In this document: positions 46,670 to 59,473 of the stretch, one piece after another
Position numbering within the stretch: the first letter of the stretch is position 1
Layout of the letters: each line of letters starts with the position of its first letter
DNA from: Malacoraja senta
Lineage: Eukaryota
Direction: 5' to 3'
NCBI GenBank assembly: GCA_038087875.1
Contig: CM075991.1
Coordinates: 7,318,001-7,382,000 of the forward strand
DNA: 64,000 bases
Position numbers and translations under genes: made by a program
Notes under the pieces: generated by a model
The model's database searches: none
Told to the model about the DNA's origin: nothing
What the model saw: only the letters and a program-made list of their open reading frames with translations

Positions 46670-46864
46670 GCGAGTGAGGCAGCATCTATGGTGCAAAGGA
46701 AATAGGCAACGTATCGGGCCGAAACCCTTCTTTAGACTGAACCTTCCTTCGCTCCATAGATGCTGCTGCACCCGCTAATCTCCCTGGTAGGTTCCAATAC
46801 AAGCTGTTCAACAGCACTTTTGTCTACCTTCGATTTTCCAGCATCTGCAGTTCCTTCTTAAACA
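46670..46864. mobile_element. Palindromic mini-PLE insertion (UUCG subfamily)
   Basis: Inverted arms; ATCAGAAAACATCA / ATCAAAAAACATCA flanks (46656-46669 / 46865-46878). Confidence 0.65.
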
Positions 46865-47254
46865 ATCAAAAAACATCAAAACCATCTCTTCAGATATAAA
46901 GATAGTTCCTGAACAGACAACGAACTGCTGGAGGAACACAGTAGCTGCCTGACCCACTGATTTACTCCAGCAACGTGTCTTTTTTAAAATATAATGAATG
47001 TTGTTAGATCATAATTGGTTGATACCAATAATAATTACAAAGAAATGAAATATATCACATGGGAGAAAATGCCTTTTCATTGTTCTTTCATAAGGATTAA
47101 AGATTCCGTGAGTATGAGGAAGCGCATATTATATTACTGATGGGAACTGCGATCGTTTGATGTGAACGTCAAATGTTTCTTGGTTCTCTTCCTGAAACTA
47201 ATTCTAAATTAATTTGGCGACCTGTTGTTCACTGATGTGCAATGAAGTGTCATA

Positions 47255-47690
47255 GTGCGCAGGAGGCTGAGGGCTGATCTTGTAGAGGTATATGAAATCG
47301 CCTAAATAACAGGGAAAGTTTATAAAACTAAGTTTATAAATAAAGCATAGAAGGTGGAATGGATAGGGTGAACGCACAGAGCCTTTTCCCCATGGCGGGG
47401 ATTTCAAGAACAAGAGGGCATTGGTTTAAGGTGAGTGAGGTAAGATTAAAGAGGAACTTGACGGACAATTTTTTTACCCAGAGGGTGGTGGGTATTTGGA
47501 ATGAGCTGCCAGAAGAAGTAGCTATGGCAGGTACAATAAGAAGCTTTAGAAGGCATTTGGACAGGTACATGGATAGTATAAGCTTATATGATATGGTCCC
47601 ATTGCAGGTAAATGGGGCTAGCTTAGATAGAGCATCTTGGTTGACATGGATGACTTGGGCTGAAGGGCCTGTTTCCATGCTTTTTGATTA
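47255..47690 (+). mobile_element. CR1/HER1-like 3' fragment
   Basis: ORF 47359-47718 ..RTRGHWFKV..FFTQRVVGIWNELP.. Confidence 0.85.
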
Positions 47691-48236
47691 TGGTCACTGC
47701 CTCCTAATGGCTCATTAACCTCGAGGTCCTTTATCAAATCCGGTTCATTACATAACACTAAATCCAGAATTGCCTTCTCCCTGGTAGGCTCCAATACAAG
47801 CTGTTCAAAGAATCCATCACGAAGACACTCTACAAAGTCCCTTTCTTGGGGTCCAGTACCAACCTGATTTTCCCAGTCTACCTGCATGTTGAAATCTCCC
47901 ATAACTACCACAGCATTACTTTTATTACATGCCAATTTTAACTCCTGATTCAACTTGCGCCCTCTGTCTAGGCTACTGTTTGGGGGCCTGTAGATTAGTC
48001 CCATTAGGGTCTTTTTACCCTTACAATTCCTTAGTTCTATCCATACTGACTCCACATCTCCTGTTTCAATGTCACCCCTTGCAAGTGACTGAATTTCATT
48101 CCTCACCAACAGGGCAACCCCACCCCCTCTGCCCACCTGTCTGTCTTTTCGATAGGAGGTATACCCTTGAATATTCAGTTCCCAGCCCTGGCCCTCTTGC
48201 AGCCATGTCTCAGTAATTCCCACAACATCATACTTG
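47690..48236 (-). mobile_element. CR1 endonuclease-domain fragment
   Basis: KYDVVGITETWL..IYRPPN..MGDFN..AILDLVL..GSDHN. Confidence 0.9.
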
Positions 48237-48276
48237 CAGATGAAAGGACTGCCAAAACCATAACTGGTTATGTTAT

Positions 48277-48442
48277 CGAAGATAGACACAAAATGCTGGA
48301 GTAACTCTGTGGGACTCTTCTTCAGACTCGACCCGAAACGTCACCCATTCCTTCTCTACAGAGATGCTGCCTGTCCCACTGAGTTACTCCAGCATTCTGT
48401 GTTCATTTTCGATTTAACCCAGCATCTACAGTTCTTCCCTAC
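48277..48442. mobile_element. Palindromic mini-PLE insertion
   Basis: Inverted arms; ACTGGTTATGTTAT / ACTGGTTATTTTAT flanks (48263-48276 / 48443-48456). Confidence 0.7.
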
Positions 48443-48574
48443 ACTGGTTATTTTATACCAAGTAAGGCACTAGTGTACATGCTGCATCACATCGCATTGT
48501 TAAAGATGTTGATGGTAGTAGAAAAGGTTCAGGCGATCTGTGGTCTGGCCATAGTTTCTTCCATGCCCCGATGC

Positions 48575-49025
48575 CTATGATGAGCGTTTGTCGGCACTGG
48601 GCCTGTACTTGCTGGAGTTTAGAAGAATGAGGGGACACCTCATTGAAATGTACAGAATAGTGAAAGGCCTGGATAGAATGGATGTGGAGAGGATGTTTCC
48701 ACTAGTGGGAGAGTCTGGGATTAAAAATCATAGCCTTAGAATTAAAGGATGTTCTTTTAGGAAGGAGATGAGGAGACATTTATTTAGTGAGAGGGAGGTG
48801 AATCTGTGGAATTCTTTGCTACTGAAGGCTGTAGAGGCCATCAATGTGGATATTTTTAAGGCAGAGAAAGATAGATTTTTGATTAGTACAGGTGTCAGAG
48901 GTTATGGGGAGAAGGCAGGAGAATGGGGTTGGGAGGGAGAGATAGATCAGCCATGATTGAATGGCGGAACAGACTTGATGGGCCGAATGGCCTAATTCTA
49001 CTATTACTTATGACCTTATAACTTA
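48575..49025 (+). mobile_element. CR1 3' fragment
   Basis: ORF 48588-48956 LGLYLLEFRRMRGHLIE..NLWNSL.. Confidence 0.85.
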
Positions 49026-49314
49026 TGCCAATTGATAGTATGACTGACTGAATTGCCCTGGAGGAAGCCACCTCACTCCAAAAGTGGCTGTTTAGGTCCA
49101 TCCACCACTTTCCATTGATTACTTGGGATTGGCTTCAAATTCCACGCTCAACAATACACTATAACAGCAAGAGGTTAACGTCAGCAGCCAACATCAGCAT
49201 TTCGAGAGAGACAAGGAACTGCATATGCTGGTTTACAAAAAAAAAGACACAAAGCGCTGGAGTAACCCAGTGGGATGGGCAACATCTCTGGAGAACATGA
49301 ACAGGTGATGTTAA

Positions 49315-49831
49315 AGGGCCTGTCCCACTTGGGCGACCTAATCTACGAGTTCTGGCGAGTTTGCCCTCGACTCATATTCGCAGCATGGTCGACACGAGGT
49401 CGTAGGAGGTCTTCGTATCTCTCCTTCATGCTCGAGAGTGGTCTCCGCCTACTCGAGGCCTCAGCTAGGTCGCGGCGTTTCTTTCAATATGTTAAAAAAT
49501 GCCAGCGAGTAAAAAAAGGTCGCCATGGAAAAAATCGATACTTTTTTTACTCGTAGGTTTAGTCGTAGTAGGTCGTAGTAGGTCGGCATGTTATTCATAG
49601 GTAATCGAGGGTAGTCTAAGGTAGACGTAGATAGTCTTAATCATAGTCAAGGGAGATCGAAGGAGGTCATCTTCACTCTCCACTATTCGGTGTCCAATTT
49701 TCCCGGTCAGTCGTAGCTAGTCGTAGCTAGTCGAAGCTGGTCTTCAACATAGTCGAAGGAGGTCTTCAACATGTCATTTTTTCAAACTCTTCTAAACTCG
49801 CCATTTAGGTTGCCCAAGTGGGACAGCCCCT
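49315..49831. mobile_element. PIF/Harbinger-type MITE (#6), inverted relative of #7 and #1
   Basis: AGGGCCTGTCCCACTTGGGC TIRs; flanks TAA/TAG (imperfect); inserted into a PLE repeat. Confidence 0.85.
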
Positions 49832-50589
49832 TAGGGATCCTGACCTGAAACATCACTTATTCAAGTTCTCTGGAGATGTTGTCTGACCCGCTGAGTGACT
49901 CCAGCTCAATGTGTTTTTTTTAAATCAGTATATCTACATCAACTTCAGCTTGTTAAGTAGAGGTGGAGAGAAATTTGGATGCAGAATACATCATGGTACA
50001 AAAAAACGCCAACTTATTTAGTAACTTGTGTTTCAGTTGTTTTGAAGCTTATCCACAATTGCTTTAGCCAGAGAGCAAGGGGAAATAATTTGAGGACCAT
50101 TTTGAACCATAATGGACTTTACACAGACAGTGATAACCAGAGATTATATAGATTCATTGTAAGACTCAGATAGTTAGATTTTCTAACAGCTTATTACTTT
50201 TACAATTTGGACATATGGAGAAAATGCTGGACTGAGTATCCCAAGGCAGTCTTGATGCCTCCTACTGAATGCAGGTGGCTGCTGTTATCCATTTGGTGAG
50301 GTTGGTGAATTTGTTCAGCTGTAGTTATTGCAAAGTAGAAATGCGATTATTTTTTTTTGCCAAAACTTTTATATTCTTGTAAAATATTTCTGTTCAAATC
50401 AGAAATGCAGTTTATGGTTCGAATTCACAAGAGTAGTGGTGATTTAACTGTTTTGGTGTTTACGGGGCATTTAATATCCTATTTATTTTATGTTTTGTCC
50501 GCTGTGGCCCATTTTGTAGCATTTTTGCTTCGAGCTGCTGGTTTATGACCAGCTGCAGAGAATTGAACAAATAATCCAGTCTCGCTCTC

Positions 50590-50920
50590 CATTACCATGG
50601 TGAGGGAGTGCTGTACTGATGGAGGTGCCATTTTTCCATGAGTGAAGAAGTCAAGACCTCGCCTTCTCTCTTAAAGAGATGTAAAAGATCTTTTCTCATG
50701 ATTGTAAAACTGTCCAGTACCCATGCCATATTTTTCCCTTGATTAAAATTCTATAACAATTTGCAGATCATGTGAGCATTATTATTCTTCATGGGATTTT
50801 GCTCTGCTGGCTGCCATATTTACTATATTACAATGCTTATTCTTCAGAAATAGTTCATTGGTTGTGAAAATGGTGACACATTCAGTGTTAGTGTGAGGTG
50901 CAATGGAAGTTTTTTCTTTC
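50590..50920 (+). mobile_element. Deu-SINE (SacSINE1-like) remnant
   Basis: GAGGGAGTGCTGTACTGATGGAGGTGCCATTTTTCCATGAG..GATGTAAAAGATC.. is the Deu-domain signature. Confidence 0.65.
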
Positions 50921-50974
50921 CGATCCACTTTCCTCGCTCTACTTTTATCCTTTAATTCTGCGTGGTCTTTGCTC

Positions 50975-51200
50975 AGGTGGCATAGCGGTAGAGCTACTGC
51001 CTTACAGCGCCAGAGTCCCAGGTTCGATCCTGACTACGGGTGCTTGTCTGTACAGAGTTTGTACATTCTCCCTTTGACCAGCATGTGCTTTCTCCGAGAT
51101 CTTCAGTTTCCTCCCACGCTCCAAAGATGTACAAGTTTGTAGGTTAATTAGCTTGGTATAAATGTAAAATTGTCCCTAGTGTGTGAAGGGTAGTGTTGAA
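50975..51200 (+). mobile_element. HE1-like V-SINE (3' truncated)
   Basis: Head and V-domain. Confidence 0.8.
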
Positions 51201-51304
51201 TTATAGGATCATAATCTCTCTCTTCACACCCCCCCAAACCACAACCCCACAGTACCAGATTCTAATCCAGAATTATACCGGGAAGAGTTGCATTGTGAGA
51301 CAAG

Positions 51305-51488
51305 AAAAAACACATTAGGTTGGAACAACTCAATGGGTCAGGCAGCATCTGTGGGAGACATGAATAGGTGACTTTTCACGTCAAATATAATGTATGCGTG
51401 TCTTCCAGAGTTGCTGCCTGATTTACCGAGTTACTCCAATACTATGTGTTTTTTTTTGTAAACCAGCATCTGCAGTTCCTTGCACCTA
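51305..51488. mobile_element. Older palindromic mini-PLE insertion
   Basis: Inverted arms; perfect 14-bp direct repeat CATTGTGAGACAAG (51291-51304 / 51489-51502). Confidence 0.7.
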
Positions 51489-53624
51489 CATTGTGAGACA
51501 AGTTGTCTCTAAGTGTGATATTACACTTACAGCTTTTCTGCTTGTAGAAACAGGGACTGCAGATGCAGGTTTACACAAAAGGACACAAACTGCCGGAGTA
51601 ACTCAGCAAGTCAGACAGCATCTCTGAAGAATATGGATAAGTGATGTTTTGAGTCGAGACCCTTCCTTCAGCCTGTCTACTTATTCAGGTTGATGAAAAT
51701 ATTTAGCGGCAGTATTTAACGGAAAGCAAGAATATTCTCCCTGGTTAGGATTTATTCAAAATGATATCTGTTCATTTTCTTTGTGTGAATTTTGGCCTGA
51801 CTGTGCAATTATTAGCTACTTCACAGTGGAACATTTTGAAAGTTAATTCAGTGTTTTGGATTTATTTAAGGTGTTAAAAATATTATTTAAATGTAAGTTT
51901 ATTTCTTTCTTTTATTATAATGACCTCTCAAGCAATTAAATACAAGAGGGTATATTTTTGATTTAGGACTCTATATTAGTGAGGGATCCTTAAGTTCAGG
52001 TTGCATATGGCAATTCTGGATTCTATTTTTAATTTAGCCTCTCTGTTCTCAACTTCCAAGCACCAAGTAGCACCAAGTTCAACAAAGCAAAATTAAAATG
52101 TCAATTTCGGCACTTTATAGTCTAGAAACGACATTGTTCAACAACTTTAAATCTTCAGAGAGATCGAAATCTTCAGAGCAAAGTAACGGAAGAAGGGTTT
52201 CGACCCGAAACGTTGCCTATTTCCTTCGCTCCATAGATGCTGCCGCACCCGCTGAGTTTCTCCAGCCTTTTTGTCTACCTTAGATTTTCTAGCAGCTGCA
52301 GTTCCTTCATAAATGTTAATTACTCCTGCAATCCATTACATTTTCTACCAACGGATTTCTGCATTTTACTCCAAGGCTTGTTTATTTTTCAGAAGAATTA
52401 GTGACGACACAAATAGTGAACCTTAAATTTTTTGGTTGAAGAATGATAAAAGAGTAATTCTTCTTCGACAACTGAAGATTGATGTTTGCGAGCTGTGCTT
52501 TGCTTTCTATTTTCCAATAGCAAAAAACACACTGATAAGAGAAGCCAAGGAGAAAGTCTGCGGTGAGCAGTTGGATAAGTGTCCTGGGGAAAGATAATGA
52601 TCAAATGTACATCAACATGCTTGAACAACAGTGTAAATTGATCCAAATGTCAGTTTTACAAAGGACATCAATTGTACTAAATTAATTACATTTGTGCTAT
52701 AGTAATACATTAAAATAGTTGCCAGCAAACTGGGTGGATACAGGAACTAATCAATTCTATCTCGAAGGGATTGCCTTTTGCAGCATGAGTTTAAAACAAA
52801 TTCAAACATGCCTTCGACCAGAAGCTTTAATGTTTCACCTTGAATATTTCCTGGAAATATGCTGCATGTTTGTGAACAGAAAAGATGATTGATCTCATAA
52901 TAAATGAGGTAATGTTACGCCAAATGATTACTAAAGCCGTAGCCAGCTAATTGCAGACTTATCTGAAGCAGGGCAGCCCAAACATGCACATGAAACTCCC
53001 ATAAGGCAAAATAAAAGTCTTTTGTGTAATAATAATAAAAAATAATAAAGATAATATTGTCAATACTATTATTGATTGAACAGCAGGGAAAGGCTGACAT
53101 TATTTGTCTAATCTATTGGATGCTTCTGGTAGAATGGATGAAGATGTAATTCATTTGAATTTTCTGAAGGTTTTTGAGATAGTCACACACCGGAGGCTGC
53201 TGAACAAGGTTCCAAGCATATGAAATGGGAGGATGTAAAACAGTGCAGTAGAGGAACATACCCTTCACCCTCAAAGTCTGTGCCGAACATGATGCCAAGA
53301 TACACTATTCTCATATGCCTGCACATGATCCATGTCCCTCCATTCCATGCATATACATGAGCCAATCCAAAAGCCTCTTAAATGCCACTGTCATATTTGC
53401 CACGACCACCACTGCTAGCGACGCGTTCAACTCTTTGTAAGAAGCTTGCACCGCACCTCTTCTTTAAACTTTGCTTCTCTCTATTCAAATCTATGCCTTC
53501 ATGTCATTGTCATTTCTATCCTAGGAAATAGTTTCTGACTGTCAACCCTCTCTGTGCCTCCCATAATTTTATATACTTCTATCAGGTCTTCCCTCATCCT
53601 CCGACACTCCATAAAAAACCAAAC

Positions 53625-53871
53625 CAGAGAGTGGTGAGTCTGTGGGATTCTCTGCCACAGAGGGCGGTGGAGGCAGGTTCTCTGGATGCTTTCAAGAGAG
53701 AGCTGGATAGGGCTCTTAAAGATAGGAGAGTCAGGGGATTATGGGGAGAAGGCAGGAACGGGGTACTGATTGGGGATGATCAGCCATGATCACATTGAAT
53801 GGCGGTGCTGGCTCGAAGGGCCGAATTGCCTACTCCTGCACCTATTGTCTATTGTTTATTGTCTATTGTCT
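53625..53871 (+). mobile_element. CR1 3' fragment nested in an older minus-strand CR1 fragment (approx. 53190-53900)
   Basis: Same subfamily tail as 44415-44806. Confidence 0.85.
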
Positions 53872-53964
53872 AAACCAAGTTTGCCCAACCTCTCCTTATT
53901 GATAATGGAGTAAACTCAGCGGGTCAGGTAGCTTCTCTGGAGGACACGGGTAAGTGACTAAAGA

Positions 53965-54625
53965 AAGATATAGGAAAGATATTGTCAAACTTGAAAGGGT
54001 TCAGAAAAGATTTAGGAGGATGTTGCCTGGTCTAGAGGATGTGATCTATGGGGAGAGTTTGAGTAGGCTGGGTCTCTCTCTATTCCTTGGTGCGCAGGAG
54101 GATGAGGAGTGATCTTATAGGGTGTACAAAACCATTGGGTGAATGCAGTCTCTTGCCCAGAGTTGGGGAATCGAGGACCAGAGGACATAGGTTCAAGGTG
54201 AAGGGGAAAAGATTTAATAGGAATCCGAGGGGTAACTTTTTCACACAAAGGGTGGTGGGTGTATGGAACAAGCTGCCAGAGGAGGTAGTTGAGACTGGGA
54301 CTATCCCATCATTTAAGAAACAGTTAGACAGGTACATGGATAGGACAGGTTTGCAGGGATATGGACCAAGCGCAGGCAGGTGGGACTAGTATAGCTGGGA
54401 CATTGTTGGCCGGCGTGGGCAAGTTGGGTCGAAGGGCCTCTCTCCACACTGTATCATTCTTCTACTTCTTGCGTATGGCGTGCACAACCTAAAGTTGTCG
54501 GACAACTTGTTCTATTTGATCTTATTTGTTTGTGCACGTCGGGTTGATTGCATTAGTCGAAACAGGGTGGACCATGTGAAGGATGCAATCTCCCACCCTA
54601 CTGTATCACTCTATGAATCTATGAC
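53965..54625 (+). mobile_element. CR1/HER1-like 3' fragment with a 143-bp insert in its tail
   Basis: ORF 54087-54389 ..ESRTRGHRFKV..FFTQRVVGVWNKLP.. Confidence 0.85.
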
Positions 54626-54846
54626 TAAGGGTCCCGATCCGAAATGTCACCTAGTTTAGGCAATGGCATAAATCTAATCATCTTGTGTTGTTCCATCAAT
54701 TGTCTTCCTTCCATGGTAAGAATAAAGGTGGATGTTCTCTAATGATAGTGCAATGTTCAATTCCATTCTTCATAAAGGACAAAGGAATCCTACCTATAGC
54801 AAATCAGGATTGAGATGTGGCAAGTAACGTCTTTGGAGGGTGGAAG

Positions 54847-55186
54847 CAGAGACGGAAACCGCTGTCAAAACATGGAGGGGACCGGGGGACAGGGGCGACA
54901 CAATTTCTTGGCGGCCGCGCGCGCATGCGCACACTCACACACACAAGCGAGGCAGCGGAAGCTTCAGCCATGGGCCCTGTGAACGGTAATTAGCTCGGGA
55001 TTCTTCCAGTTTCCAGTCCCGCGATGTGGATGCTTTTACTACGGGGCCATTACCGTTAGAATGAGTCAATTACTGCAGATCTGTACCACAGATTTAAAGC
55101 TTGTAACGTGAGGGGGACCGTCCCCCATCTCTGAAAACATGGGGGGGACACGGCCCCCCTGGACCCCCCAGGGTTTTCTACCAATG
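54847..55186. mobile_element. Non-autonomous hAT-like DNA element inside a minus-strand V-SINE (54826-55337)
   Basis: 8-bp duplication GGTGGAAG (54839-54846 / 55187-55194); CA...TG ends with imperfect TIRs CAGAGACGGAAACC / CATTGGTAGAAAACC. Confidence 0.7.
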
Positions 55187-56584
55187 GGTGGAAGGAAACT
55201 GGAGCACCCAGCATAAACCCATGCGGTCACGGGGAGTACGTACAAACTCCATACACACTGCACCCGTAGTCAGGATCAATCACGGGTCTCTGGCGCAGTA
55301 AGGCGGCAACTCTACCACTGCGCCAGCGTGCCGCCCCTTGCGTAGCTTACACATGCGCATTACACATTACAGATGCAGCAATTGCTATATTTTGGTGCCA
55401 TTTACACGAAGAAAATTTCCAAAGTCCGGTCAACATCCTGGATGTACTGGAGCGGGTCAATTAAATTTCTGTGGCAGTACCCTCACCGTGGGATGCAGCC
55501 CCACCATCACCTTCAGCAGGGAAAGTCAAACAGGCAACCAATGCGAGTCATACAGTTGATCCCCACCAGCTGTATCACTGGGGTTAGCAAGTGACATTGA
55601 ATGCCTTTGATGCTCCAGTACCATTGTAAAGAATGTAAAGATGCCACATTGACAAAGACAAATCAGTAAGTCCTTCCACAAGGTAGTCATCCCAAACTCC
55701 AAAGACGTACAGATTTGCAGGTTAATTGGCTTTGGTAAATAATGTAAATTGGCTCTAGAGTGTAAATTGTCTCTAGTGTGTAGGATAGTGCCAGCGCATG
55801 GGGATCGCTGGTCGGCACGGACTCGGGCCAAAGGGCCCGTTTCCGCGCTGTATCTTTATCTCTATTTCTATCTCAAAAAGTATTTCACTGTGCAGTGCAT
55901 ACGTGACAAAAAGAACCATTGAAGCATGTTTGAAACAAACCTTTTTTTTGTAAGTGATGTCCTGATGAGAATGGCAGGCACCGCTCACTTATTGTTGCAG
56001 AGAGCAACTCTTCTCAGAGGTGGTGCAGAACTAAATTAGCTTGCCCCTGTCAATAGCTATGCAGCTCTCAGTATTGGCAGCACAAGGCAAGCAAATAATC
56101 ATATGACTCACGCGTCAAATGTTCTGTCAGACCCTGAGTTGTTTGGAAGTGAGGATGGAGAGTGAAATTGAAAACATGCAAGTACTGCAGTTGGTTGAAT
56201 AAAGCCACTTTCTTGTTTCCAGTTATTGCACATATTAATTTATAAGTATCAGTATCATTTGCAAGGCTGGCATGTATCCCCCCATTCTGAATTACCCGTG
56301 AGAAGGATGTAGTAAGCCACTTTCTTTGCATGGCAATCATGACCTCCAGTGTTGTCTGTGTGGAGTTTGCATGTTCACTCTATGACTGCCCGATTTTCTC
56401 TTGGTGATCCTGTTTCATCCCATGTCCAAGGTACGTGGATTGTATGGTTAGTGTAAACTGCACCCAAAAATGTGGGTGACTGGCAGACTCAGGAGGGGGT
56501 GACAGGGATGTGGGGATAATAGATGGCGGGGAAAATGGCAGAGATATAGAATTTATAAATACATTCTGGAAATTACAATAAAGT

Positions 56585-56662
56585 ATCATTCATCGTTCGC
56601 TCGTTCATTCATTCATTCATTCATTCATTCATTCATTCATTCATTCATTCATTTATTCATTC
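56585..56662 (+). repeat. (TTCA)n microsatellite
   Basis: Direct inspection. Confidence 0.95.
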
Positions 56663-56775
56663 CACTTGCTCTATGAAGGACCCAATTCAAGGGCAAGTAG
56701 GGATGGGTCAAATGTGGTTCTTCAATCTTGTAGCAAAATTCTGAACTGTTGGAGTGTTTGAGTCTTACTTACTTA

Positions 56776-57346
56776 AGGGGCTGTCCCACTTGGGTGACCT
56801 AATTGGCGAGTTTAGAAGCGTTTAGGAGAGTTTAAAATAATGTCATGTTGAAGACCTCCTTCGACTATGTAGAAGACCTCCGTCGACCTCCTTCGACTAT
56901 GTTGAAGACCAGCTTCGACTAGCTACGACTAGCTACGACTAACTTCGGGAAAATTGGACACTGAATAGTGGAGAGTGAAGACGACCTCCTTCGATTTCCT
57001 TCGACCTCCTTCGACTATGATGAAGACTATCTACGACTACCTTCGACTACCCTCGATTACCTACGACTAACATGCCGACCTACTACGACCTACTACAACT
57101 AAATCTACGAGTGAAAAAAGTATAGATTTTTTCCATGGCGACCTTTTTTTACTCGCGGGCATTCCTCCACATGTTGAAAAAAACACCGCGACCTAGCTGA
57201 GGCCTCGAGTACGCGGAGACCACTCTCGAACATGAAGGAGAGTTACAAAGACCTCCTACGACCTTGTGTCGACCATGCTGCGAGTATGAGTCGAGGGCAA
57301 ACTCGCCAGAACTCGCGGATTAGGTCGCCCAAGTGGGGCAGCCCCT
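56776..57346. mobile_element. PIF/Harbinger-type MITE (#7)
   Basis: AGGGGCTGTCCCACTTGGG TIRs; TTA at 56773-56775 and 57347-57349; CTACGAC/CTTCGAC arrays. Confidence 0.9.
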
Positions 57347-57460
57347 TTAATGCTATTCTGTAAAAAATTCCAGATTTTTTTTTCAGTAACATTGATAATA
57401 AAGCATGTGTAGGTCGAGACCCTTCTTCAGTCTCTGATAGATACTTCAGATTTTGATAGA

Positions 57461-57492
57461 GACTGAAGATGGGTCTCGACCCGAAACGTCAC
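57461..57492 (+). ncRNA. Minimal hammerhead motif in inverted PLE repeat 57412-57590
   Basis: CUGAAGA U GGGU CUCG ACCC GAAAC GUC AC. Confidence 0.6.
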
Positions 57493-59473
57493 CCATTCCT
57501 TCTCTCCAGAAATGCTGCCTGTCCCACTGAGTTACTCCAGCTTTTTATGTCTCTTCGGTTTCAACCAGCATCTGCAGTTCCTTCCTACGCAATATTTCTA
57601 GATTGTGTCAGGAGGGAACTTGTTGATTTGACATGCTCTTTCTCTCAGCCTCTTATCTTTGAAGCAGATGACATGATCTTTAATAAATTAGCATGATTTG
57701 ATTATCTAACCCACTAATTCCATTTCCTCCTCCATCCATAGTTCACAACTCCCTCACGCAGTTCCCCTGGCTATGTCATCACATCAAATAAAATTGTTAA
57801 AAAAGCAGCAAGAATGACAGGGGGAAGAAAATATCAAAGGGATGTCAAAACTGGTTCTTTGTACATTTTCTATTGACTGATTTAAAAAAAAGTGTATGAT
57901 TCTTCAATCAAGGTATATGGAAGTTGGCTGGTAAAATAGACTCAAATCAAAGGGTTAGCTATGATCTTACAGAGTGCAGATCAGGTTTGAGGTGGCATTT
58001 GGCTTTTTGGTTTTATTTCTACTGTTCACAATTGACGATGGTGCAGCCAAGCAGTAGCTGTTATTTAAGATGAAGTTTCCTTAATTACTAGAATATCTTT
58101 CTTTCATTGTCTCTTCACTCCCTCGTCACTAAACTGTCTAGCTGAACGGCAAGACAGAATCAATGGTCAATGCTGCTTATATTATTGATTTGGGTTTTGT
58201 TTATTGTCACGTATACCGAGGTACAGTGAAAAGCCTTTGTGTGCATGCATGTTGCATGTGTGAAGTGCTAACACAATGAGATTATTTTACATACAAACAG
58301 TCCTGTAGAGTATTTGCATTCCCCTGATCCCCGATTAGCAAGTGTACAGAAACAGTCCACTGAGTCCGTATGCAAGAGGCTCCAGGTTTTGGTGCCATTT
58401 TCAAAGTCCACTCTCTAGTTCTTGTGAGCGGTGCCTGTTCCAGGCGACTCCCAGGCTGTTGCGGGGCCTCCAGCCATCTCCTTCGTTGGACGCCACGTCC
58501 TTCTCCTCGCCCGTCCACCTTTGTGCCCCTTTGGGTCCTCCCACAGCTGACCACGGGGTTCCCTCTCCTCTCCTACTGCTCCTCGCCCGTCTTCGCTAGC
58601 TCCATCCTCCCGGTCTCTGGTCTTCGGTGGACAGGCAGGGGGAGGCAAGGAAGACCTCCCCCTTCGAGGCTGGCGGCCAATCTGGTCCAACGTGTTTAGA
58701 TAGACTGGGTTTTGCTGAGTGCATCTCACTATTCACACTCACCACAGTAGTATACATTTCTTGGAATACTTACCCGACTTGAATTTGATGGTATTCTGAA
58801 CAGTGTGTCCGTCCGTAATTGTAAGAGCTTGCATAGATGACTGTTATGCAGAAAGGCCAGAATAAACCCTTCCTAATGTCTGTGGTAGCTTGTTGAAGCT
58901 GTTGTGTTCATGATGCTTAACATTGTTAAAAGTAAAAAGTGTCAAATTCGACGCCAGGGTCGGGTGAGCGGGCGTATGGAAGGGCAGTGGGATATATCTC
59001 CGCTTCTTTCACTCTTTCGTTAGTTCTGGTTTTTTTCTTCTTTTTTTTCCGTGTTTTTCCTGAAACTCTTTCTTTTCTTTTCTTTTCTTCTTTCTTTCCC
59101 TTTTTTCCTTTTTAAATTAAAAAATTAAAAAATGTTAAAAGTGTAGCGGACCCCCCCCCCCCCCCCAAGAGCCGAAGGTTATGTACAGTGCATGGCCCAT
59201 CACCCAATGCCGCAACAAAAGAATATTTAAACATTTTAATCAGTCAGAAATTGCAATCACTTAAAACCATTTAAAATAATTAAAAACATTTGTAATGAAC
59301 ATACATAATTATAGAAACATAGAAACATAGAAAATAGGTGCAGGAGTAGGCCATTCGGCCCTTCGAGCCTGCACAGCCATTCGATATGATCATGGCTGAT
59401 CATCCAACTCAGTATCCCATCCCTGCCTTCTCTCCATACCCCCTGATCCCTTTAGCCACAAGGGCCACATCTA

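Noticed and set aside
58282..58729. Cluster of overlapping ORFs in GC-rich sequence
   Set aside because: Low stop frequency due to GC content; adjoins a Rex1-type tail near 58200, so probably a non-autonomous repeat, though the family could not be assigned.
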